61,080 bases of DNA, taken from IMG/VR virus record IMGVR_UViG_3300038829_000267, positions 1-61,080 of that record. One strand, written 5' to 3'. Origin of the DNA: a virus. Its lineage: Duplodnaviria > Caudoviricetes. Of this stretch, positions 9,751 through 18,385 are shown in pieces (the first letter of the stretch is position 1; the number at the start of each line of letters is the position of its first letter). The notes beneath the pieces are model-generated. The model was not told the origin of the DNA and searched no databases. It saw only the letters and a program-made list of their open reading frames with translations. The position numbers and the translations under genes were made by a program.

Positions 9751-10224
9751 ATGCTTCGAGGCCACAACCTCACCAGCGCCGTGCTGGTCAAGCGTCTGAA
9801 GGTCGACGGCACGAACTACACGGCCGCCGCCGGGCAGACCGCCCTCACCTCCGAATCCCACAACGTGGGGTGCCGCTCCTCGGCGCGGTTCCTCCTGAGC
9901 CTCGGCGCCATCACCTCGGGCGCCGTCACGTCGATCAAGGCGCAGCAGGCCGAGGACGACGGCGCCGGCTCGCCTCAGGCCAGCTGGGCGGACATCGAGG
10001 GCAGCTCGATCACGATCGCCGACACCGACGACAGCAAGACCGTCTCGCTCGAGATCGTGCACCCGGCCAAGCCCCACCTTCGCGTGGTCACTTCCAGGGC
10101 GACCCAGGACTCGGTCATCGACGCCCTGCACATCGAGGTCGCCGGCGACGCGGTCCCCGTCACCCAGCCCTCCAACTCGGTGGGAAACGAGATCCACGTC
10201 TGTCCGGACGAGGGGACGGCGTAA
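9751..10224 (+). CDS. probable capsid decoration / virion protein
   Basis: AGGAG RBS; beta-rich composition; directly after capsid. Confidence 0.65.
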   Translation: MLRGHNLTSAVLVKRLKVDGTNYTAAAGQTALTSESHNVGCRSSARFLLSLGAITSGAVTSIKAQQAEDDGAGSPQASWADIEGSSITIADTDDSKTVSLEIVHPAKPHLRVVTSRATQDSVIDALHIEVAGDAVPVTQPSNSVGNEIHVCPDEGTA

Positions 10225-10259
10225 ACCCGTCCCCGCGAGTGACAAGGAGCCGCCAAGCT

Positions 10260-11264
10260 ATGCGCAAGACGACCCTTCTGCTGGCTGCCTGCCTCCTGGC
10301 GGCAGCCAGTCCCAGTCTCGCCGAAGGCACCAACGCCAACAGTGCGACCAAGGTCTATCTGCAGGACGGTGGCAACACCCTCACCGTCGACAGCGGCGGC
10401 CTGATCGAAGTCCTGTCGGGCGGCGAGCTCGAGGTCGAGAGCGGCGGCAGCCTGACAGTCGCGGGCGCGACCGTCAGTACCACCGAGCTCCTGTACCTCG
10501 ACGGGCTCACCGCGGGCACCGTCACCGCCAGCAAGGCCTGCGTCGTCGACAGCAACAAGGACATCGGCGACTTCCGCAACCTCGACGTCACCAACCTGGA
10601 CGCCGGGGCCTCCGCGACCGCCGGTAGCGTCGACATCTTTCCGACGACGGCGAGCAGCGGAAAGCTGACGATTTCGGCGGCAGACAACGCCGGCAACACC
10701 ACCACCACCCTGACCAACCGGAGCCAGGCCGGGGCCCGAACGTACACCATCGGCGACGCGGGTGCCTCGGCTGACTTCGTGCTCGCCCGCGGGGCGACTG
10801 TGTCGGGCGTTGGGGCCGCCAAGGGCCTCGACGTGCTCCTGGTCGAGAAGACCGCGATCGCCGACAACACGGCGACCTCGGTCATCACCGTCACGGTGCC
10901 GAACGCCAACCACGCCGCGGCGATCCGCCTGACGCTGCTGGCGACCATGTCCACCGGCACTGACGCGTTCGAGTCGAGCCGGGTGGCCACCGGCACCATC
11001 GTCCTCTCCCGAACGACGGGAGCGAACGTGGTGGCCGCGGCGTCGACGATCGCTCAGGCCCAGATCGCCACGGTCTCGGGCGGCGGCACCATCACCCTCG
11101 CCTACGGCGTGAGCTCGGTGACCGGCGCCGTCGGCGCCACGAACACCTTCGACGTCCAGGTGACCATCGTGGTGACCGGCACCATTACCGACCACCGCGC
11201 GATCGTCCTGGCCGAGCTCATCAACAGCCAGGCCACCGGCGTGACGATGGCCGCCTCCCCGTAA
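10260..11264 (+). CDS. Thr/Ala/Gly-rich putative virion protein with N-terminal signal peptide
   Basis: AAGGAG RBS; MRKTTLLLAACLLAAASPSLA; TKVYLQDGGNTLTVDSGG resembles head-fibre starts. Confidence 0.7.
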   Translation: MRKTTLLLAACLLAAASPSLAEGTNANSATKVYLQDGGNTLTVDSGGLIEVLSGGELEVESGGSLTVAGATVSTTELLYLDGLTAGTVTASKACVVDSNKDIGDFRNLDVTNLDAGASATAGSVDIFPTTASSGKLTISAADNAGNTTTTLTNRSQAGARTYTIGDAGASADFVLARGATVSGVGAAKGLDVLLVEKTAIADNTATSVITVTVPNANHAAAIRLTLLATMSTGTDAFESSRVATGTIVLSRTTGANVVAAASTIAQAQIATVSGGGTITLAYGVSSVTGAVGATNTFDVQVTIVVTGTITDHRAIVLAELINSQATGVTMAASP

Positions 11265-11277
11265 AGCCGGCCGCCCC

Positions 11278-11649
11278 GTGATCATCCGGCAGAGCGTCAG
11301 CATCACAACGAACGGCAGCGGTGTCGGCTCCGGCCGCACCGCGCCGCTCAACGGTCGGCTGCTCGCGATCATCTACGCCAAGCCTGGGTCGGGCGGGTAC
11401 GACAACGGCGTGGTGTTCGCGATCACTAGCGGGACGACCTTGCAGGCGCTCTGGTCGGAGACCGGCGTCAACGCGTCGAAGACGGTGGTGCCGACCATCT
11501 CGACTCACGACACGCTGGGTTCGGCCCAGGCGACGCGGGACCTCGTGTCGCTGGCGGCTGACGGCGGAGCCGGCGAGACCATTGAGATCGCCGTCACCAG
11601 CGGCGGCAATGCCAAGACCGGCAGCTTCCAGGCGCTCGTCGAGGTTTGA
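11278..11649 (+). CDS. putative virion protein
   Basis: 123-aa beta-rich ORF in the head operon. Confidence 0.65.
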   Translation: MIIRQSVSITTNGSGVGSGRTAPLNGRLLAIIYAKPGSGGYDNGVVFAITSGTTLQALWSETGVNASKTVVPTISTHDTLGSAQATRDLVSLAADGGAGETIEIAVTSGGNAKTGSFQALVEV

Positions 11650-11653
11650 GGCC

Positions 11654-11860
11654 ATGGGCCGCCGCTTCCTCTCTCCGCTCCGCGCTCCGGTGGCTGCAGC
11701 GCCGACCCCGGCCGCACCGTCGAGTCCTGCGGACGCCCTGACCCAGGCGCTCACCGAGGTCGCCGCCGCCGAGCAGGCGCTCGCGCGGCAGAGGTCCAAG
11801 GCGGCCGCCAAGCGCCAGCCGGCCGCACCGAAGGCCGGTCGACGTCGAGGCGGCAAGTAG
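11654..11860 (+). CDS. small basic hypothetical protein
   Basis: GAGG RBS; Ala/Pro/Lys-rich; position before the head-tail adaptor. Confidence 0.55.
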   Translation: MGRRFLSPLRAPVAAAPTPAAPSSPADALTQALTEVAAAEQALARQRSKAAAKRQPAAPKAGRRRGGK

Positions 11861-11866
11861 ACCGCG

Positions 11867-12763
11867 ATGCTCGGCCACGTCACCGCCCTGGCTGCTCCTG
11901 CCTCGCTGCTCATCTGCAGCGTCGCCTCCGTCCGGGCCCAGCTCACCGAGATCGCGAGCGGCGACACGTCGCACGACAGCGAGCTCGCGCGCCTGATCCG
12001 TGTCGCGGCTGCCGCTGTCGCGGGCGCCGACGGCATCGCCCGTCCGCCCATGCGGGCGCGGTGGCAAGAGGCGCGGCCAGGGGACGGTGGGCACTACCTG
12101 CTGTTGTCCCGCTGGCCGATCGAGGTCGTGGCCGAGGTGACGTTCGGCGTGAGTGACCCCGCGGTCGTGTCGGCCGCGTGCTACTCGGTCGTCGGCGACG
12201 GTCCTCTTGGCTCGCCATGGGGGAGCCGCGACAAGCTCTACGCGCGCGCCGGCTGGTCCTACACCAGCGAGCGCTGCGCCCGTGGTGGTCTCGACCCCTT
12301 GCAGGCCGGCACCCGTCCGCTCGAGTACTCGGTCAGCTTCACGGCGGGCTGGATCGCCGCCGACCAGGTTGCGGACTGGAGCAGCTCCGCTGCAAAGACC
12401 GTCGGCCTGTTCGCCCGTCCGACGTCAGCCTCGAGCGCCGCAGCCACCCAGCTCCGGTACGAGTGCACCACCGCCGGCACCACCGGCGGCACCGAGCCGG
12501 CCTGGCCGACGACCGCCGGGGAGACGGTGACCGACGGCGGCGTGGTCTGGACGGCTCGCCAGGCGGCCGAGGTCCCCGAGGACGTGCAGCAGGCGGCGAT
12601 CGTCGCCGTCGTCGACTGGTACCGCGGCGGACTGTCAATGGTCGCAGGGATCCAAAGCGAACGCCACGGCACCACCCAGGTCGACTATGACTTCGTCGGC
12701 CTCCGCGAGGAGTTGCCGCCGCTCCCTCCCGCCTCGCGCGCGATCCTGAGGGCCTACCGGTGA
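11867..12763 (+). CDS. head-tail adaptor/connector with inserted small domain
   Basis: LSRWPI, YSVSFTAGW, VPEDVQQA, ILRAYR motifs; insert RYECTTAGTTGGTEPAWPTTAGETVTDGGVVW. Confidence 0.75.
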   Translation: MLGHVTALAAPASLLICSVASVRAQLTEIASGDTSHDSELARLIRVAAAAVAGADGIARPPMRARWQEARPGDGGHYLLLSRWPIEVVAEVTFGVSDPAVVSAACYSVVGDGPLGSPWGSRDKLYARAGWSYTSERCARGGLDPLQAGTRPLEYSVSFTAGWIAADQVADWSSSAAKTVGLFARPTSASSAAATQLRYECTTAGTTGGTEPAWPTTAGETVTDGGVVWTARQAAEVPEDVQQAAIVAVVDWYRGGLSMVAGIQSERHGTTQVDYDFVGLREELPPLPPASRAILRAYR

Positions 12764-13125
12764 GCGGCCTCGCGGCTCGCCTGGGCGGTCGCGTGCGGGC
12801 CATGGCAGCCCGCGAGGGCGCCGCGGCCACGCTCCAGAAGGTCGCCACCAGCTACGACCGGGACACGCGGCGCACGACCGAGACGCCGACGAATCACGCC
12901 TGCCGCGTGCTCCACGAGAGCCGCACGCGCCGCGACGCGAATGGCACCCTCGTGATGACCGAGCGCCTGCAGCTGTCGATCGTTGGGCTTGCGGCCGACG
13001 TCGAGCCGACCGAGGCCGACAAGCTGATCGTCGGGGCAACCACCTACCTGATCAAGGTCGCAGACCGCGAGTCGCCGGACGGCTCGACCATCATCGCCTG
13101 GCGCTGCGAGGTCACCGGCACGTGA
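12760..13125 (+). CDS. putative head closure (stopper) protein
   Basis: Synteny; 121 aa; EPTEADKLIVGATTYLI. Confidence 0.6.
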   Translation: MSGLAARLGGRVRAMAAREGAAATLQKVATSYDRDTRRTTETPTNHACRVLHESRTRRDANGTLVMTERLQLSIVGLAADVEPTEADKLIVGATTYLIKVADRESPDGSTIIAWRCEVTGT

Positions 13126-13547
13126 GCCGCCGGGTACGCGGTGCTCGCCAGGTCGGCCTGGGCCGGATGGACGAGATTGTGGGCGACGTCACGGCCGACG
13201 TCGTCGACTCGGTGCGCGAACAAGCTGGCAAGACGCTGAAGAGCGTCAAGGCCGAGGTCGAGCGCACCGCGCCGCGCGCCAGCGGGCGCTTCGCCGCGTC
13301 GTTCGAGGCGTACGTCGACACCCCGCCGACCGACGTGCCGTCCGAGGGCGACACCACGCCGCAGTCCTCGAGCGACGTCGACGCCGTCATCGCGTCGTGG
13401 CAGCCAGGGCAGGCGATGGGTCTGGTGACCAATGTGGCGCAGTCGCGCCGCCTCGCCTTTCACCGGTGGAGCAAGAAGGTTGCCGACGGCTGGTTCGAGC
13501 TCGCCGTGACTACCGGCGTGCGCGCCGCGGAGGCCGCCGGCCAATGA
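13122..13547 (+). CDS. putative neck protein (HK97 gp10-like)
   Basis: Synteny; APRASGRFAAS motif. Confidence 0.6.
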   Translation: MSRRVRGARQVGLGRMDEIVGDVTADVVDSVREQAGKTLKSVKAEVERTAPRASGRFAASFEAYVDTPPTDVPSEGDTTPQSSSDVDAVIASWQPGQAMGLVTNVAQSRRLAFHRWSKKVADGWFELAVTTGVRAAEAAGQ

Positions 13548-14335
13548 CCTTCCTCGAAGCCATCAAGGCGATCGCGGATCGCCTCGTCACCAACTTCACG
13601 ACGCTCACCGTTTACGACGACCCGAACGTCACCCGCGAGAATCCGCCGGCCGCCGGCTACGTCGGCATGCACATCGGCTTCGGCTCCGAGGACCAGATCG
13701 CGAGCGGCGGCGGGGCCCAGGCGCAGTTCCTTACCGCCGGTGTCGTCGACCTCGAGATCTACAGCCCGAAGAACGCGGGAGATGGATTGGCGTGGTCGGT
13801 GGTCGACGAGATCTCGGCCCTCTTCCGCACCTGGTACGACGTCGACATCGAGTTCACCCGCCTGCGCCCTGAGGACGTCGGCTGGACCGAGGACGAGCAG
13901 TACTACCAGGTGAACCTGCACCTGTTCTTCGACCTCGACAGCCACCACAACCTCAACCCCACCTTCGAGGCGCCGATCCCCATGGACCGCGTGTACGGCC
14001 GCCACACCCGAGTGGCGCACGGCTACAGCGTCGGCCAGGTCCTCGACAAGGACTTCGCCCCGGCGATCGCCACCGCGGAGACCACGCTCGGCCAGGTCAT
14101 CGTGACCCGGATCTGCACCGCCGACGTCATCGAGTGGACGAAGCTTGGCCGCGCACGCTTCCCTGCCCACGGCCTGGGCGCCGCCGGCACCCAGCTGTGC
14201 CTGTCCGCGTCGACCCCGGGGCTGATGGTCGCCACCACGGCGCCGGCGACTCCAAATACCTGGGCCCAGGGGCTGGGCTACGTCTACGACGCGGAGTCGC
14301 TCCTCTTCGCGGCAGCGCCGGGGCAGCGGAACTGA
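13544..14335 (+). CDS. putative tail terminator with C-terminal extra domain
   Basis: GVVDLEIYSPKNAG...ISALFR and YQVNL motifs; about 120-aa extension. Confidence 0.65.
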   Translation: MTFLEAIKAIADRLVTNFTTLTVYDDPNVTRENPPAAGYVGMHIGFGSEDQIASGGGAQAQFLTAGVVDLEIYSPKNAGDGLAWSVVDEISALFRTWYDVDIEFTRLRPEDVGWTEDEQYYQVNLHLFFDLDSHHNLNPTFEAPIPMDRVYGRHTRVAHGYSVGQVLDKDFAPAIATAETTLGQVIVTRICTADVIEWTKLGRARFPAHGLGAAGTQLCLSASTPGLMVATTAPATPNTWAQGLGYVYDAESLLFAAAPGQRN

Positions 14336-14337
14336 GC

Positions 14338-15582
14338 ATGCGGGCCGCAGTCGCCTCCAGTCTCATCGCGCTGGCGCTGGCCACGGTGCCGGCCCACGGC
14401 GGCCTCTACTGGCTGCCGCCTGTCGCTACCTCTGCCGCGTTGCCGGCGAGCGGCAACGTCCTCGGCGACAGTCGCATCACGCTGGACGACCTGTCCCGCT
14501 GGACCTGGGACGGCAATTCGTGGGAGCTACCGCCGTCGTCCGGTGGCGTGACCAACGTGGCCGCAACGGTGCCGGCGCCGTTCACGGTGTCGGGCTCGCC
14601 GATCACGTCGACCGGCACCCTCGCCATCACCTACTCGAACCAGGCCGCAAACAGCATCCTGGCTGGCCCGGCGAGCGGCAGCGCCGCTCAGCCGACGATG
14701 CGCGCCCTCGTCGCGGCCGACCTGCCGGCGGCGACCACCAGCGCCCGAGGCGGCGCCGTTCTCTCGACAGATGGCGAGTCGACCGCCGGAGAAGTGGTGC
14801 AAGCCACCGACGCGCGACTCAGCGACGCCCGGGCGCCTACGAGCCATACGCACGCCGCCGCAGCCATCATCAGCGGATTGATCGACCTGGCCAGGCTGGG
14901 CACAGGTACTGCCGACGCGACCACGTTCCTTCGCGGTGACGGGACCTGGGCGACGATCGTCGCCGGCGCCGGCGACGTAGCGGGCCCGTCATCGTCGGCC
15001 GACAACTGCTTGGCGACCTTCGACTCGACGACCGGCAAGCTGATTCAGTGCAACAGCACGCTCACGCTTTCCGACGCCGGAACGCTGACCACCACCACCA
15101 CCGACGGCAGCATCACTGTCTCGGGCAACGGCTCGGGATTCGCCTACATCCCGCGCATCGTCGTGGGCACACCCGGCGACGGCGGCGTTTTGCGGAACAA
15201 CGGCGGGAGCATCCGAGCCGACCAACAGATGGATTTGGCCGGCGGGTGGTGGTACGCGACCCAGATGTCCGTTGACGTCGCCGACTTCCCGCGGACAGTG
15301 CGGATGGAGAGCCGGGCGCGGATCTCCTGGGCCAACGATACCGACCGAAGCGCGACGCCGAGCATCGGCCTCGGGCGCGACAGCGATGCCGTCTTTCGGG
15401 CCTACGACGGCGCAAACGGCGTCGGGTACATGCGCGACGTGCCGACCGACACGCCGGTGGCCTGCGGCGACACGACTCGCGGCGTCCACTACTTCGACGA
15501 CTCGCTCGGCGAGGAGTGCTCGTGCAAAGGCGCTCTCGGAGCCGCGAGCTACCAACAGATGGACGGCGGCGGCGCTTGCTGA
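14338..15582 (+). CDS. fibre-like protein with N-terminal signal peptide
   Basis: SPITSTGTLA, DARAPTSHTH, GTADATTFLRGDGTW, GDVAGPSSSADN fibre-type motifs; hydrophobic N-terminus. Confidence 0.7.
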   Translation: MRAAVASSLIALALATVPAHGGLYWLPPVATSAALPASGNVLGDSRITLDDLSRWTWDGNSWELPPSSGGVTNVAATVPAPFTVSGSPITSTGTLAITYSNQAANSILAGPASGSAAQPTMRALVAADLPAATTSARGGAVLSTDGESTAGEVVQATDARLSDARAPTSHTHAAAAIISGLIDLARLGTGTADATTFLRGDGTWATIVAGAGDVAGPSSSADNCLATFDSTTGKLIQCNSTLTLSDAGTLTTTTTDGSITVSGNGSGFAYIPRIVVGTPGDGGVLRNNGGSIRADQQMDLAGGWWYATQMSVDVADFPRTVRMESRARISWANDTDRSATPSIGLGRDSDAVFRAYDGANGVGYMRDVPTDTPVACGDTTRGVHYFDDSLGEECSCKGALGAASYQQMDGGGAC

Positions 15583-15617
15583 CTGCCGAGTTGACCACCA
15601 CCAAAGGAGATCCCCCG

Positions 15618-15938
15618 ATGCGCACGCCCGCTCGACTCGCTCTCGCCCTGTTCGCCGTCCTCGCCATCGCCGGCGCGGCCTTCGCGGCGTTCCCCGCCTA
15701 TGCGCCCGTGCCGGACACCCCGGGCATCGTCGCCGAGCTCCACGGTGACGACCTGACCGTGCTCTGCCGCGACGCTCACGGTCTGCCGGCTGGCGAACTG
15801 CTGCGGGTCCACTGGGACGGCGGCGCCGTGATCGTCCAGGTCAGTACTGCGCCGCCCGGCGGGCCCTGCCCGGTGCCTCGAAACAGCAAGGGCGAACCGC
15901 TGATCTACGCCTCGAACGGCGACCACCTGAACCCGTAG
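15618..15938 (+). CDS. small protein with signal peptide
   Basis: AAAGGAG RBS; MRTPARLALALFAVLAIAGAAFA; two Cys. Confidence 0.65.
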   Translation: MRTPARLALALFAVLAIAGAAFAAFPAYAPVPDTPGIVAELHGDDLTVLCRDAHGLPAGELLRVHWDGGAVIVQVSTAPPGGPCPVPRNSKGEPLIYASNGDHLNP

Positions 15939-15987
15939 GGCCCGGGCCAGACCGCGCCCCCCTCTCTGACCCCACAGGAGACCCACC

Positions 15988-17193
15988 ATGAGCAGCAACA
16001 GCCAGAAGCGCATCCGCCGAATCCGGGAGGTCACCCAGGGCACCACGCCGGGCACGGCGATGGCGATCGTCCCGTTCGAGCGGTTCAAGCTGGCGAGCCC
16101 GGTCTCCCGTGAGGAGCCCGGCAACACCCAGTCCGACCGCCAGGTCGCCGACAACCCCGAAACCGACGTCAACATCACGGGCTCGGCCTCGACCGACTTC
16201 CTCCTCACCCAGCACTGGGAGATGAAGGAGGAGGCGTTCGACAACACCCGCTCGGCCGTTGCCACCACTGGGTCGCTGAGCATCTCCGCGGTGGCCTCGG
16301 GCAACAAGATCACCCGGGCCAGCGGCAGCTTCGTCAGCGACGGCTTCCTCGCTGGCCAACTGGCGCAGGTCACTGGGCTGTCGACCAACGGCGCCCACTT
16401 CCTGGCGCTGATCACCGCCGTCGCAGCCCTCGAGCTGACGATCGACACCAACTTCAAGACGTTGGTCAACGAAGGCCCGGTGGCGAGCTGCGTGGTCAAG
16501 CACGACAGCAACCTGACCCTCGGCACCTCAATGCTCACGGCCACCTACGAGGAATACAACACCTCGTCGGGCAAGGGCATGGTGTACAGGGGAGTCGGCG
16601 TCAACGACTTCGGCGTCGAGGGCACCTATCCGACCCGGATGAAGGAGACGTACGGCCTCGTCGGCATGACGATCGGCGAGCGGGTCAGCGCGGCCCTGGT
16701 CAACTCGTCGACGGCAGCTCTCACCCGCAAGATCGTGAACTTCAACAAGAACTTCGGCGACGGGGCCAACCCGACCTTCGGCTACGGCTTCCGCTACGCG
16801 GGTGCCCTGATGCCGAACCTGCGCATCAAGAAGCTCGGGCTCAAGCTCACCAATCCGCTGCTCGCCGACGGCGGCGCCGGCCACTTCGGCCCGCAGGACC
16901 TGACCCTCGACGGCCGCTTCAAGGTGATGCTCGACCTCGAGGTCCTGCGCAACACGAGCGACGCCGAGGATCTGATCGACGACGCGCTCGATCCGGCGAC
17001 CGAGGCCTCGATCGGCTTCGGCGTGCGGGACCGCAGCGGCAAGCGCGGCTACTACTACATGCCGCTGATGCACCCGATCGACTCGCCCGACATCTCGGAG
17101 GCCCAGCAGAGCGGCCGCGAAACGATCGGGCTCAAGTTCGTGGCGTCGCTGGACTCCGTCCACACGATGCTGCGGTACGCGGAGTTCCTGTAG
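15988..17193 (+). CDS. major tail tube protein
   Basis: AGGAG RBS; IREVTQGTTP, QSDRQVAD motifs; upstream of chaperone and tape measure. Confidence 0.8.
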   Translation: MSSNSQKRIRRIREVTQGTTPGTAMAIVPFERFKLASPVSREEPGNTQSDRQVADNPETDVNITGSASTDFLLTQHWEMKEEAFDNTRSAVATTGSLSISAVASGNKITRASGSFVSDGFLAGQLAQVTGLSTNGAHFLALITAVAALELTIDTNFKTLVNEGPVASCVVKHDSNLTLGTSMLTATYEEYNTSSGKGMVYRGVGVNDFGVEGTYPTRMKETYGLVGMTIGERVSAALVNSSTAALTRKIVNFNKNFGDGANPTFGYGFRYAGALMPNLRIKKLGLKLTNPLLADGGAGHFGPQDLTLDGRFKVMLDLEVLRNTSDAEDLIDDALDPATEASIGFGVRDRSGKRGYYYMPLMHPIDSPDISEAQQSGRETIGLKFVASLDSVHTMLRYAEFL

Positions 17194-17206
17194 GTCCCAT
17201 TCGCCG

Positions 17207-17236
17207 GGGGCGGATCGGGATTCACCGGTCCGCCCC
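17207..17236 (+). terminator. GC-rich stem-loop after tail tube gene (attenuator or mRNA-stabilising hairpin)
   Basis: GGGGCGGATCGG-gattca-CCGGTCCGCCCC; no U-tract. Confidence 0.5.
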
Positions 17237-17264
17237 ATCGGCTTCCCTTGCACTGGAGAGCACG

Positions 17265-17873
17265 ATGGCAACCAAGACCAGCCCCAAGAAGCACCAGGCC
17301 CCAGCTTCACCGCCCACGAGCTTCCTGCAGCCGCCGGCGGTGACCGGCGCCGCGCCCAAGGTGCGCGACATCAGCCAGGCCCACCGCCTGGCGACCGACG
17401 GCGAGCGCGTCGACCTGCCGGGCGGCGGCTACTTCATTCTGCGCGTGGGCAACCCCTACTTCCGGATGCTCACCCGCCTCGACGACCTCGAGCGCGAGTA
17501 CCGCGCTGCGTGGCGCGAGCGGCTCGAGCGCGAGTACCGCGAGGCACACGCCGTCGACGGCGCTCAGCCGGAGAGCGGGACGATCCCGCCCGAGGCCGTG
17601 GCGGTCATCCATGCCGAAGTCGAGCGCCGCATCCCCTTCGCTGATCACGTCGAGCTCCAGGCCAAGGCCTCTCTCGGCACGACGATCGCCGGCTGGGGCG
17701 GGTTCGTCCTCGAGGGCGTGGAGCTCGTCGACCGCACCCCGACCGGTGATCTGCACGTGGCCAACGGGGTCACGCTCCTTTCCCTGCCGGACATCAACGA
17801 CGAGGTCAAGTCGGCCTTCCGGAAGTTCGAGAAGAAGGTCGAGGCGGCTACCGAGGGCGCGGAAAAAAACTGA
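17265..17873 (+). CDS. tail assembly chaperone (gpG-like)
   Basis: Position; ends in slippery GAA AAA AAC TGA. Confidence 0.8.
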   Translation: MATKTSPKKHQAPASPPTSFLQPPAVTGAAPKVRDISQAHRLATDGERVDLPGGGYFILRVGNPYFRMLTRLDDLEREYRAAWRERLEREYREAHAVDGAQPESGTIPPEAVAVIHAEVERRIPFADHVELQAKASLGTTIAGWGGFVLEGVELVDRTPTGDLHVANGVTLLSLPDINDEVKSAFRKFEKKVEAATEGAEKN

Positions 17874-18385
17874 TTAGCGCCCTGAGCTGGCACCTCCAGC
17901 ACGGGGCGCTCCTCGAGTCATTGACCGGGTGGCGGCGCGACACCGACGAGACCTATGCCGAGCAGCGACAGATGGTCCTCGAGGGGAATCGTGAGGCGGG
18001 CTTCCGGTCACTCGAGGAGCTCGACGCCTGGTACGCAGGCCAGCACCTCCCGCAGTGGGACGACTACGTCGGCCCGCTGCCGTCGGTGCTCGAGATCTGG
18101 AACGGCTTCTGGGATCTCGACGGCGACAGGGCGGTGGTCGTGATCGCCGGCCCGATGGGCGGCGGCGTCACGATGCACCGCCGCATCCCCTACATCTCTC
18201 GCTCCAAGTGGCTCGATGACCAGGGCTTCGTAGGTCACGAGCGCCACCGCGCGAAGCGCCTGATCGACGCGATGGACGCCACCTTCGTCCGCGTGCGCAA
18301 CGCCGAAGGCGCTGACCCCGACGACGAAGACGACAGCGACGCGGCGATGGACGACTGCGACGAACTCGATGGTGACCTCGACTGA
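17864..18385 (+). CDS. tail assembly chaperone frameshift extension (gpT-like), reached by -1 frameshift at A AAA AAC (17864-17870)
   Basis: The -1 frame is open from the slippery site (KLISALSWHLQHG...) into ORF 17921-18385. Confidence 0.8.
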   Translation, partial: KKLISALSWHLQHGALLESLTGWRRDTDETYAEQRQMVLEGNREAGFRSLEELDAWYAGQHLPQWDDYVGPLPSVLEIWNGFWDLDGDRAVVVIAGPMGGGVTMHRRIPYISRSKWLDDQGFVGHERHRAKRLIDAMDATFVRVRNAEGADPDDEDDSDAAMDDCDELDGDLD

